This document shows positions 40,201 through 53,139 of a DNA stretch of 64,000 nt, in pieces (the stretch's first letter is position 1; each line of letters starts with the position of its first letter). The DNA is from Somniosus microcephalus (taxonomy: Eukaryota): positions 179,180,001 through 179,244,000 of the forward strand of contig CM126211.1 in the NCBI GenBank assembly GCA_052327205.1, written 5' to 3'. Below the pieces are notes generated by a model. It saw nothing but the letters and a program-made list of their open reading frames with translations. It made no database searches and was not told the DNA's origin. The position numbers and the translations under genes are program-made.

Positions 40201-43200
40201 GTATTGTGTGCAGTTCTGGTCGCCTTATCTGAGGAAGGATGTTCTTGCCATGGAAGGAGTTCAGCGAAGATTCACCAGGCTGATCCCTGGGATGGCAGGA
40301 ATGACGTACGTGGAGATATTAGGTCGATTGGGCTTGTACTCGCTGAAGTTTAGAAGAATGAGAGGGGATCTCATTGAAACTTATAAAATTCTGACAGGAC
40401 TGGACAGACTAAATGCAGGAAAGATGTTCCCGATGGTCGGGGAGTCCAGAACCAGGGGTCACAGTCTAAGGATAAGGGGTAGGCCATTTTGGATAGATGA
40501 GGAATTTCTTCACCCAGAGAGTGGTGAATCTGTGGAATTCTCTACCACAGAAGGCAGTAGAGGCCAATTCATTAAATATATTCAAGGAGTTGGATATATT
40601 TCTTAAGGCTAAAGGGATCAAGGGGTATGGGGAGAAAGCAGGGACCGGGTACTGAATTTGGATGATCAGCCATGATCGCATTAAATGGCGGAGCAGGCTC
40701 GAGGAGCCGAATGGCCTACTCCTGCTCCTATCTTCTATGTTTCTATGTCAGAATACTATTGCAAGGCAAAAAAATGGACAAATTGTTAGCCTTCTCCATG
40801 TTGACTTGCCCAACATTTACCTACCTTACAATGATCAACCATCTCCACTCATTTTGTTAGGTGCCCCTAGTGTCAGCATTTAAAATCACTGAGGTCTTAT
40901 CAGACTGAATGGCCTGGATTTTGCGGTTGTAATGCTGGTGAAACTGTCAGCGTTCGCCGTCATTACTCTGTGAAATTGACAGCAACTTCTGGCATCCGCA
41001 CGTGCAGTTAAACACGGAAATTGAGAAGCTGCTGTCAGTGATTCCCTGCTCCTCCACAGGGTGCACTGTTGAAGTCCCCGCAGACGGAAATCTTTAAAAA
41101 AAAATCACTTGATTTGACGTGAATTCAGCTTTTTACGCTCTATTCTCGCTGTAAAAACCCTTAAAAGATTTAAGCCTTGTTTAATGAGGTGTAACTGATT
41201 TTAACGGCGTATTAAGTCATAATTACTGCTGAAAAACCTCTCTGGCCCCCCCCAAAAAATTTTTAATTTTTATATGTGACGTCTCATTTCCTACATTACA
41301 TGATAAAATTCCGTGATTTTTAAAATAATAAAAAAAAAAATTACATTTATGATATTTCAGCTTCTACCTTAATCCCATGTGTATGGCCCAATCTTTATTT
41401 GGCTCACTGTAAAATTATTAAAAAGTAAAGGATAATCAGTGCATTTTATTTCCTGTCTGTGAGAATTCTTCAATGTGATTGACTGCTTAGCCTGTTTGAT
41501 GACATCACTGATCACTGTTGCTGGACGCCAGAATGAAATTAACGTTGGGAAAGGTGAAATCCAAGCCACAGAGATCGCTAGATCCTTGTGGACAACTTTT
41601 TTTCTTTTTTGAGGTCAGCGGCGAGCGTCGTCACTTTGCTCCTCTCGCAAAATCCGGGCCATTACATCTTTGACATTTGTTCACAAATTAGACTGATCTA
41701 GCTTCCCTTGTTTAAAAATCTTACCATTTTCTTTTCGTAGTCTTGTTATAAACTTTTTGGGAGGTATTACACCAACTTTCTTCTTTTGTGTAGCTATATT
41801 GTGGAAGAGATCTGCCAAGCACGTGAGTAGGTTTTCCTTTCTCCTGGGCTGATTCTTGTAGGCTAGAACTTTCTCTCGAAATGGACGGCAAAAATAAAGT
41901 GCCTGAAGGACTGAATTACAGTAGCAGGTATTCCCAAACTAATAGCACAAGAGAGGACAAAACAAGTTGAAGTCAGTCACAAGGTAGATCCAAAAACAGT
42001 TCAGGAAAATAAAAAAAACAATACTTTGGATGCTGATAATCTGAAATAAAAACATTTTCTGTTTTTAAATTCAGAAAAATAAAACTTTTTACGCAATTGT
42101 ATGAATAAATGATCAGAACTTCCTAGTCATTCTGACGTGATACCAATTTTAACAGATATTTTATCTATTAAGCAAAATGTTATCCTGTAACTTTTTGTTG
42201 TATCTTCCAACCCAGGTAGCGTTAGAGTACAAAAGTTATTTTTTGTTTTAAAATAACTAGAGGTACTGTTACATATTACTGTGTGTACATGCACAAAAAA
42301 AATTATCAAATTATTCTTCAATTTTGTAAGTTTCAGAATTATTTTAAAATTGGGCCAGAATTTCCTGAATCTAACATACGCAAAAATTGTATCAAAATTT
42401 AGGCCGGTTTCTGCGCTGATATTGCCGACAGGAATTTGCACCCAAATTTCCTATGAAGCTTATTTGCTTATGTTGGAACGTAAAAGTCGTGAAAATGAAC
42501 ACAAACACTGCCACAAATAGGAGAAATATATCGGCCTGCTGTTTTCTGCCACGTCCCCTCACTCTGAGCCTCTTGCTTCTGCCATTATGTAAAACTGGGG
42601 AATGCCCAATGGGAAGGCAACTAAATTGATTAATCCTTTTGAAGGGGGTGGGTGGGGTTTGAAAATTTTCAGGTGCACGGAGGCTTGACAGCTCTTTGGT
42701 TAAGTATAGTGCAGGCTGCAGTAGGAATTTTTTAATAAAAGACTGCAGAAAAAATTGCGATCAAACTCAAGAAATCTCAGTTATGCTGATATTAGGTGAC
42801 CTCAGGCCGTGCTGCACCTAAATGTTTGCACATAAATCTACAGCAGTGCATTATTCGTGTAAACCCAAGAACCCGAGTTGTTCTTTTGCATGGGAGCCGA
42901 GCTATGTAAATAAAAGGCAGAACACTTGGGGGAGGTAGTGCAAGTGATCATGGACATTTGAGCATAGCATATTTCCGCATAAAACCACCGTAAATCAATT
43001 ACATAGAAATTGCCTCCAAACAAATGGTGCAACTCCGTTCTTGCACCATAGTTATGCCGAATCTTTCCAGGAATTTCCTGGCCATTCTGTACAACTATTG
43101 ATTTTCCAGCCTGGAACCAATTAAAATCAAAAATCAGCTCTATAGGTAAATATTATGTACTTAACATAAACCATCTGGTCTGTTTTAAGAAAAAAAATCA

Positions 43201-46200
43201 CTTTTTTAAATGTTTGTATAATTTCCATTTCATTCTTAAAGTGTGATGCAGATACTTGGGTTATGTAAGCCAGCGATGACCTTTTCCAGTATTTCTGCTC
43301 ATAATTATTGATCAATTGAACTGATTTGTTTAGAGATTGACCATGAGCTCCGATCCTGCCCCCATTCCAGTCTCCAGATTGATTGCTAAAATATAGCAAA
43401 TTATCAGCAATGACTGTGGGAGAGGAAAATACAGAAAGAAAAACTGCCTGGAAAATTGATTCTCCCACCAATAGTAGTTGGTGAAAATCTCTTTTAGATG
43501 GCTATTAAGGGTCTTAAGCAAACTACATTTGAGTAGCTGACACTCATCTTGGTTCCTAGATATACACAACATGAGAGTGCACTAAAATATACAATTGACA
43601 CTAATATAGCCGTCTTACTTGGACCAACTACAAGGAGATAGGGTGAGAAATGTGTGAAGTGCAGAGACACTGTTGTTGAGAATAAGGTATATTAAGCATT
43701 TTGTCAGGACAACATAAAGGAGCTCTACATCTCTTGCATCTCATCCAACTGACCTGGATGTACTAAATGCTGTCACCGCTTAACAAGAGGAAAGATAGCT
43801 GACTCCCCATGCCAGCACCATTACCACTCATCATTAAGTGCACAAATACACATAAAAATGCCTTTAATGATTCAATCCCTTTCAGGAATATTTAGAAACA
43901 TAGAAGATAGGAGCAGGAGTAGGCCATTCGGCCCCTCGAGCCTGCTCCACCATTCAATGCGATCATGGCTGATCATCCAAGTTCAGTACCCGGTCCCTGC
44001 TTCCTCCCCATACCCCTTGATCCCTTTAGCCTTAAGAAATATATCCAACTCCTTCTTGAATATATTTAATGAATTGGCCTCGACTGCCTTCTGTGGTAGA
44101 GAATTCCACAGGTTCACCACTCTCGGTGAAGAAATTCCTCCTCATTTCTGTCCTAAAAGGCCTACCCCTTATCCTTAGACTGTGACCCCTGGTTCTGGAT
44201 TCCCCGACCATCGGGAACATCCTCCCTGCATCTAGTCTGTCCAGTCCTGCCAGTATTTTATAAGTTTCAATGAGATCCCCTCTCATTCTTCTAAACTCCA
44301 GCGAGTACAAGCCCAATCTCTCCTCATACGTCATTCCTGCCATCCCAGATATCAGCCTGGTGAATCTTCGCTGAACTCCTTCCATGGCAAGAATATCCTT
44401 CCTCAGATAAGGCGACCAAAACTGCACACAATACTCAAGATGTGGTCTCACTAAGGCCCTGTACAACTGCAGCAAGACATCCTTGTTCCTGTACTCAAAC
44501 CCTCTCGCTATGAAGGCCAACATGCCATTTGCCTTCTTAACCGCCTGCATGTTTACCTTCAGCGACTGGTGCACAAGGACACCCAGGTCTCATTGCACTT
44601 CCCCTTCTCCCAATCTATTGCCATTCAGATAATAATTTGCCTTCCTGTTTTTGACACCAAAGTGGATAACCTCGCATTTATCCATGTTAATATGCATCTG
44701 CCATGCTTCTGCCCAAATCATCCTGTAGTTTCTCGGCATCCTCCTCACAGCACACACGCCCACCCAGCTTTGTGTCGACTGATTTATAAATCAGTCCTCT
44801 CTATGTAATGTCTGTGATGCAAAGAACATTTCTTGCATGTTCTGGTAGAAAGGCATGAAAATTAGCGCACCATTTTCTTCGCCCTTCAGGATCTGTGAAA
44901 GATCCTGATTAAAGATCAGCATTAAAAATCAGTACAGTTTACTTTGGCGTAACACAACTGGGGTGGAAGATTCTACATAATATGATTGGTGAATAACAAA
45001 AGTGCAAAATAACTAATGAAGAAGAAAAACAGACTTAAATGTTTAGCCAATAATGGGGAGAAAATAAACCAATGGCTTGATGGTCATGATGGCCAGCAGA
45101 CTAGAGGCACAAGAAATATTTTAAATATATATATGTATATTTATTTATTAATGTAGCAGACTTTTGGACAATAAATCATATCACCAACTCTATCGCTAAA
45201 ATGTTAAATTAAAATTCAATTAAAACAGAGCCTACAAGAAAGATAAATTAAAATGTATTTAGCATTCTGCATGATTAAAAAGCCCAACCAAATTTGAAAA
45301 TAACATTGTGCCTGAAAGATAATGCTATTAGTTTTGGGCTGTAAACATCGCAGTTGTCTCCATACTGCTGCACTCAAATCGGAGACTAGTAACATAACCT
45401 CCATGATGCTTATTTGCATTTTGTTACAAGTGCAACAGCTGCCATAGCGAGTGATGCTATGGAATTACAGGGTACACTGGACATTTCCTTTTTTCCATAT
45501 CACAGTATTCATTCTTCTAGTATCTTATTTTCTAATTAAACAACATTCTTAAATCACTACTGGTGATTTTCCTAGGATTGGTTGGCTCTGTATTGGTCTC
45601 CATAGTGTCCTAAAGTGTTAGATCGTAGCAAAAGTTTAAGAGTGTAGATTAATTAGAAAAATATGAGGGCCTGTGGATTTCACTTTGGGCGCAATCAGCA
45701 ATCCAGGCGCAAACTGTGAAGTGTTTGTCTTCTCAAGTTTCTGTTCAAAATCATTTGCATATCGCCGAACGTAAAATCTGCCATGAACCAGCGCAATTGG
45801 GCAGCGTTTTAGAATGTAATTTTGCTTTTAAAAAATGTTGCTTGATATATTTAAGAGTGGTAACTTGGTGCAGTTTGATTAACACAGCTGAAAATGGGTT
45901 TAATTACAAAAATAAGCATTTTTAAATCACAGAATCACAGAAACCCCACAGTGCAGATAGAGGCCATTTCGGCCCATCGAGCCTGCACCGACACATATCC
46001 CACCCTATCCCCATAACCCCACGTATTTAATCCCCCTAACATTAAGGGTCAATTTTATCATAGCCAATCAACCTAACCCGCACATCTTTGGACTGTGGGA
46101 GGAAACCGGAGCACCCGGAGGAAACCCACGCAAACACGGGGAGAATGTGCAAACTCCACACAGACAGTCACCCGAGGCCGGATTTGAACCCGGGTCCCTG

Positions 46201-49200
46201 GCGCTGTGAGGCAACAGTGCTAACCACTATGCCACCGTGCTGCCAGAGTCTGAAGTCCACCACCTGAGTAGCCCAATTTTAAATAACTGAAAATGACTTT
46301 AAAAAACTATACGGAACCATTTACTAGTTACATTAGTGTAGTCGTAAGTTTCTTAAATTAACAAAAATATTTAAAAGCTTGTAAAACATATCTATTAGTG
46401 TCCTTGTGCCTAAAAAACAGCTTAATTTAAGAGCCTCCTTGAAGGCCTACAAACGGATGCAATTAGCGGAAACTTGCCATGGTGATTAATTCGATCTGGG
46501 GGCGTGGCCAGCTTTGTGGGCAGTGCCGGCTTCCAGCGCGCTGTTTTTTTTTAAACTGGCACAAAAGATTGCGGAAACTCGATTTGTGCTGATTTGGCCG
46601 ATTTTAGGAGAATTGTGCGGAAAAAACCACTGCAACCTAGTGGAAACGCCAGGCCGAGTTGCTCTTACTTAGGTTTGATTGTATTTAACGGATGGATCAA
46701 AATACAAGCCACATTTTAAAGGAATATAGGTTAGTGATGTCACAGTCATAACGGCACAGAAGGAGGCCTTTCAGCCCATCAAGTCCGTGCCGGCTCTCTG
46801 TAGAGCAATCCAGTCAGTCCCATTCCCCTGCTCTATCCCCGTAGTCCTGCAAGTTTATTTCCCTCACGTGCCTATCCAGTCTCCCCTTGAAAACATGGAG
46901 TGTGTCCGCTTCCACCACTTCCGTGTTTTCTGTACAAAGTAGTTCCCCATCTCCCTCAATTTAAACAAAATTTAACAAGGCTTCCTTGATGGCTCAATGG
47001 GTAAATACATTACATTGTATGGTACTTAGCTATACTAACCAAGAAGGTCCCAAGTTTGATCCCTGGTCTGTACTGATCTCAGCTATGGTAACGATGGGGA
47101 CAGTGGAATTGATCATAGCATTCCTGCATCAGGGGAGGAATCAGCCAGAGTGCCTGCTGCAGATTAAATTCAGAGATCAATGATGAGATTACAACAGTGA
47201 ATATCAGGGGAGGACAGAACAGGCTCTGCTGTTATGCCTGTTGTCATCAAAGACTTGCCACCTTGCTCACACATGAAAAATGGGCACTTGGGGAAAGTCC
47301 TGGAGGGTTGCAGGCACCCATTGAACTGCACCATAGCTCAAGTAACTGCCTTCAAAAGGGAGATGATGTTGGAGTTTTGCAGGGAATTATCAAGGTATCT
47401 CCTACCTATTAGGATATATCCTCATTTTAGTAGCATATTTGTGGTCTCATGGAGGCTCATTTCAGGAGGTCTGCTCTCCTCCAAATCTACTCTAATGAAG
47501 TACTATGAGGAAGGGTAGCCAGAATGCCCTGCAGTTGCTCCATTTGATTTTTAGCAAAGATCTAGCACTTTAAGTCTCAACGGAAACCTATATAATGCCA
47601 ACCAATCCTAGAAAAATCACAACTAATTAAGTACACGGGAGAATCTAGCAGGCAGAGATTTCTACAGGGTGGGGCACCTTCAGGCCAGTCTAAAGTTCTG
47701 CTCCAAAAAACAAACAAACCATTACGTGACACTTGGAAAGAGACCTGAAATGGCAAACCTATAGAAGACTGAAAATATATTAAAACAATATCATTGCCTA
47801 CTGGATCATGATCATTTATTATCAAATAAGAGAAATGGGCTAGTACTTCTCATATTCATAACCTCTTTATGTACTGAGGGGTGTACACTCCTGCACAACA
47901 GTAGTTCGTATACAGGATGCTGGACATGCAGTTCTGCAGCTCCAGTGAAAAATCACTAGACTGCCAACTTTTAGCATGCTTTTCAATTCCTCCTTAGTTG
48001 TATTTTAAAATGTAACTTTTTTTAAAGAAATAGTTGCGAACTTTTAAGTGACTGAATTACAATTCCCCTCTATGCTAAAGACTTTGTTTATTAAACCTCT
48101 GGCCCTAATTATAATAATGCAAAATGTTGAATTGAATGGAATCAAATACTTTAAGAACTCACTATTTAGCCATTTATAAAATTATAGTCAGCAAATTGCT
48201 TTAAAAAATACTTAAATCAGAATAATCTAATCAACATTGGTTTGTTGGCGCCATTTTGAAATTTCAGATACTTACATTGACTAAACCAAAATAATGCTCA
48301 TTGACTGGAAACTGTTCTGGCCCAATCTCTTTCTCCAAAGCAGAGGCATTGATGCCCTGGTAAAAAGAGGGAAAATAATTAAATGTTATGTGCTCATCTG
48401 CTGCAAACAATAGTGAAGCTGAAAAGGGAAGTGTAAGCAGACTGTTTTACATACAACGCTGTAACAGTTAACACAGAATTTGTAACCCTCTGCTGGCATC
48501 CTCACAGAATCTGAAGTCCAGGGTTCAGTCTAGGCAGAATCTTTAGGTTCCTGCTGCACTATAATTAGAGTCATGCTGGTCCATTAAATTGCAAATGTGT
48601 GCACTTCCTTATGAACCTTATTTTATCATTACTGCACAGGACTTTAAGACTTAAGTATGTGATAGAGCTACTTACAGAGCGTACAAAAAGGATAAGCGGC
48701 CAGTGATTATTCATTTACATAGCTGCCAAACTCAGCCCTTGAAAGATTTCTATCATGAATAATCAAACTGATCAAATGTTAACTTTTTTTGACCGAAGCG
48801 AGTGAAACTTTTTAGCAAAGTACAGCGCCCAAAACAGATCCAGCCCAGCTGCATGGTTTAAACATAAATGATTTTTAATTTTGCTCTGATGGCATTAACT
48901 CCCTATTCATATGTAGTATGCTTCATTCATGCCTTTGTTACCTCTGGACTTGACTATTCCAATGCTCTCCTGGGCGGCCTCCCTTCTTCCACCCTACATA
49001 GTTTTGAGCTCATCTAAAACTCTGCTGTCTGTGTCCTAACTTGCACCAAGTCCTGCTCACCCATCATCCCTGAGCTCGCTGACCTACATTGGCTCCCAGT
49101 CTGGCAGTGCCTCGATTTTAAAGTTCTCATCCTTGTTTTCAAATCTCTCCATAGCCTCGCCCCACCCTATCTTCTTGCACATTCCCGATTGTAATCGCTC

Positions 49201-52200
49201 CACCATTGCCAGCCGTGCCTTCGGGTCTGGAATTCCCTCCCTAAGCCTCTCTACTTCTCTCTCTCTCCTCCTTTAAGACGCTCCTTAAAACCTACCTCTT
49301 TGATCAAGCTTTTGGTCATCTGTCCTAATATCTCCTTCTGTAGCTCGGTGTCAAATTCGGTTTGATAACGCTTTTGTGAAGCGCCTTGCGATGTTTTACT
49401 ACGTCAAAGGCATTATATAAATCCAAGTTGTTGTTGTAATAACTGGTCGCCATTTTTCAACCGCTTTTCATATGAACTGCTCTGAAAGCATGTTACAGGT
49501 GAAAGTCTTTTTCTCTTTGGGGATTATGCTACCAGCTGTGTACATTTTGTTCAACACTTTTCTCGTGCACTCAAACACTTGCAAACAAAATGTCGTTCAA
49601 AATGAAGCAATGCTGTATTTCCCAAAGGGGAGTAAGATAAAAGGAGCATCGGCAGTGAAATGCTGGAATATTTTTCATAATTCATGGCCATTCCTTCTTA
49701 CACAATTTTTTTATTTTTTAAACCTACTTTAAGTTATGCATTTAATATTTCTGTTCATGTCTCTCGTGACACTATTCTCTATTTTTCTGCCTCCACTTCT
49801 TTCTGGTCCTGATTTCTCCTGTCGCTTTCTGTATGTTCTTCCAATTGTTAGTCATATACAGTAGATAACCATCAGAGTGACCAAATTCTTTGACCATATT
49901 GGCCACAAAAACAGAACAGAATGACAGTGATACCACCCCAGATGTTAACTTCAGGTGGCAGCATTTTGTAACAGGCAAAACATGGGTGGGGCTAGAAGAA
50001 ACATAGAAAAATAGGAGCAGGAGTAGGCCATTCGGCCCTTCGAGCCTGCTCCACCATCCAATATGATCATGGCGGATCCTCTATCTCAATACCATATTCC
50101 CGCTCTCTCCCCATACCCCTTGATGCCTTTTGCATCTAGAAATCTATCTCCATCTTAGACATATCCAGTGACTTGGCCTCCACAGCCTTCTGTGGTAGAG
50201 AATTCCACAGGTTCACTACCCTCTGAGTGAAGCAATTTCTCATTTGTACCACATTATATGAGATTTATTCTGTTACCAACCAAAAAACTCGGTTAAAAAG
50301 CACGTTTTAATTTGTGCAAAATTAAAACTTGACATGTTTTCCTGTGTAATTCAAAATCTCCTTACTTCACTCCACCCTGATCTTTGTTTTTACTTGCCAG
50401 GATCTGCTCTGTGTAGCATCCAACTATGCTTTTGTTTTCCCTCTATCTCTTGATGCTGTCCCATTCCTTAATTTCATGTGTCAGGTTCTATCTTGCTCAT
50501 GTTTAACTACTAACCATTTTTAATCACTACAGTACTTTGTTTATCTGTTCCAATCTCTTCCTTGTTCACCTGACATTGCCCCTTGCCTCTCCCTATCAAT
50601 GCAGTTTTCTGTCATCACACAGAATCATGGAATTTCACAGCCACTTTGAAATTTGTATTTTTTAAATATTTATCCACTTAGCTTTTAAAAGCTATTATGG
50701 ATTCTGCTTCAACCATTATTTCTGGTAGGGTGTTCCATGTCATGACCTTCTGCAAAATAAAATTCTCCCTTTGTTATTTTGGTGATGATCTTAAATTTAT
50801 GCCCTCTCATTAACAACTCACTGACCAGTGGAAATAATTTTACACTATTTATCTTATCGAAACCACTCAATTTTGAACACCACTATCAGATTTCCTCTTA
50901 ACCTTCTTTGTTCTAATGAAAATAGCCCTAGTTTCTCTAGTCTCTCCTCATAACTAAAGCCTCTCATCCCTGGTAGGATCTTAGTGAATTTCTTTTGCAC
51001 CTTCTGCTTGACCTTTATGTCCTTCCTAAAGTAGGGTGCTCAAAACTGGACAATATTCCAACTGTGATTTAATCAATGATGTGTATAGGTTTAGCAGTAC
51101 TTCTCTGATTTAGTACTCAATACCTCTATTTAGAAAACCTCAGATCCCATTTTCTTTTTAAAAAAGCGTCATCAACTTGTCGTCCTACTTTTAAAGAATT
51201 GTGCAGCTGAACCTCAAAGTCTTTCTACTCCCCTCCTTATGCATGTGTCTTCCCGCTCTCCCCTACTCACTCTCCGCTCTCCCCTACTCACTCTCCGCTC
51301 TCCCCTACTCACTCTCCGCTCTCCCCTACTCACTCTCCGCTCTCCCCTACTCACTCTCCGCTCTCCCCTACTCCCCTACTCACTCTCCGCTCTCCCCTAC
51401 TCACTCTCCGCTCTCCCCTACTCACTCTCCGCTCTCCCCTACTCACTCTCTGCTCTCCCCTACTCACTCTCTGCTCTCCCCTACTCACTCTCCGCTCTCC
51501 CCTACTCTCTTTCCACTGTCTCAATTCAGTTTGAATTCTTCATCACAGCATTTTTTTTTAAGGGAACACAGTTTGCACAAAATTAAAGTTAGCTTTTTTG
51601 CAGTCTGTTCTTTTAGTACCCAATGTCTACTTTGGATATTTATAGTGCAAGCTCTGGAAAATGAGAACAAAAAGTAGAAAAACTGAACAAAGCAGTCAAC
51701 TGATGAATACACTCAAGTGATGGTCGAAGAACCTTTACACCTGCTGCATTATTAGTAAAACAAGTGAAAGTTTAAATTCAGAAAAGCAGTTAATTACACT
51801 AGAGTGAAAATAGAATGTTCCTCCTTACTGTACATAGAGGTATTGTTGTACATAAAGATGATTGTAAAACATCACCAATGAGTACTAGAAATAGTTACCA
51901 GCCGAGGGAAGATATTGTTACAATCCTTACTCATGATGTTTGGTATGGGATGCAAAATAATTTTATTGCTTTTATTTAGGCCACATGCAGCACCCACCAT
52001 TCCACAATGGACAGTTGATTTTCTACTCGGTCTATGACAATATCACTTTAACTAGCCATTTGGAGGTTCATGAAGAGAGGCAACTCACCCAATTTTCCCT
52101 AAAGGAACAGCAGCTCATCTGTCTATAGGCAATTTTCAGTCATCTGGTCTTAAAATTGACTTCAACAACTTCAAACCACAGCTCCCAGTTTCTCTATAGT

Positions 52201-53108
52201 AGGTGCTGGTAATGTAGGATGGGTGTATTCATGCTTCTGAGGATGGGGGTGGGAACAGGTTGGTACCTGGGATGAGGATCCCTATCGGTACACTGCCGAC
52301 GGAGTGGTCTGCATCCCATGTGTCGACCTGCCTTGTTCTTCCACCAGACTCCTGGGCTACTGAGCCTGCTCCATTTTACCAGTTTTTAATACTCCATCTT
52401 CAATTTATCCTGCTTTAACTATTCACACATTCTCTGGATTTCATAGGTCTTTTATTTCTCTAATGTCTCTCATCTTGTCTTACACTATCATCACTTCTGT
52501 CATTTAACCATCCCTGTTCTCCACCTAATCACTTTACAGGTCATTCTTTTTCCTTTCTTGTGTGTTTCTCTCCCCGCCACCCTGCCCCACTTTCCCTTGC
52601 TCTGTTCCATTTTATAAGCTGTTCATCAGTACTATATCTTCTAGTTCTGATGAAAAGGTTGTCTTAAATGCCAACATCTTTCTTTACAAATGCTGCCTGA
52701 CTTTTCAGCATTTTCTGTTTTTGTTTCCTTATCACCGTGAGGCTCTGACTCATTGGGCCAGAAATTCGCGGCCAAAGGCGTGAGTGCGCTCGGGGTACTC
52801 ACGCATCTGGCCGTTGGAAATGCCGGCGTTCAGCATGAACAGCGCATGCGGGGAACGCCGGCATTTCCAGACCTCGAGCGCGTGCGACTGCACAGGCAGC
52901 GCTTGCGCAGTGAACTTCGTAGATTTAATTCATGAAATCCGTGAGGGTAAGTCCTCAGAAGTTACACTTGAAAAAAGGAAGTGTAAAGTGGTTCATTGGC
53001 TGCGGAGGAAGAAACATTTTATCGTGGAGCTTCTGAAATGCAATATTTTTGTTTGGGAAAGGGAGGGAAGTTATTTTAAGAAATTTTAAGTAAGTTTTAA
53101 AGTTAAAA

Positions 53109-53139
<31 letters not shown>

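Noticed and set aside
46170-46244. tRNA gene
   Set aside because: The A/B boxes are the head of a V-SINE and continue into SINE body and tail.
51201-51677. Repeat proteins (SALPYSL / SPTHSPL)
   Set aside because: Translation of a 21-bp minisatellite; no splice or homology support.
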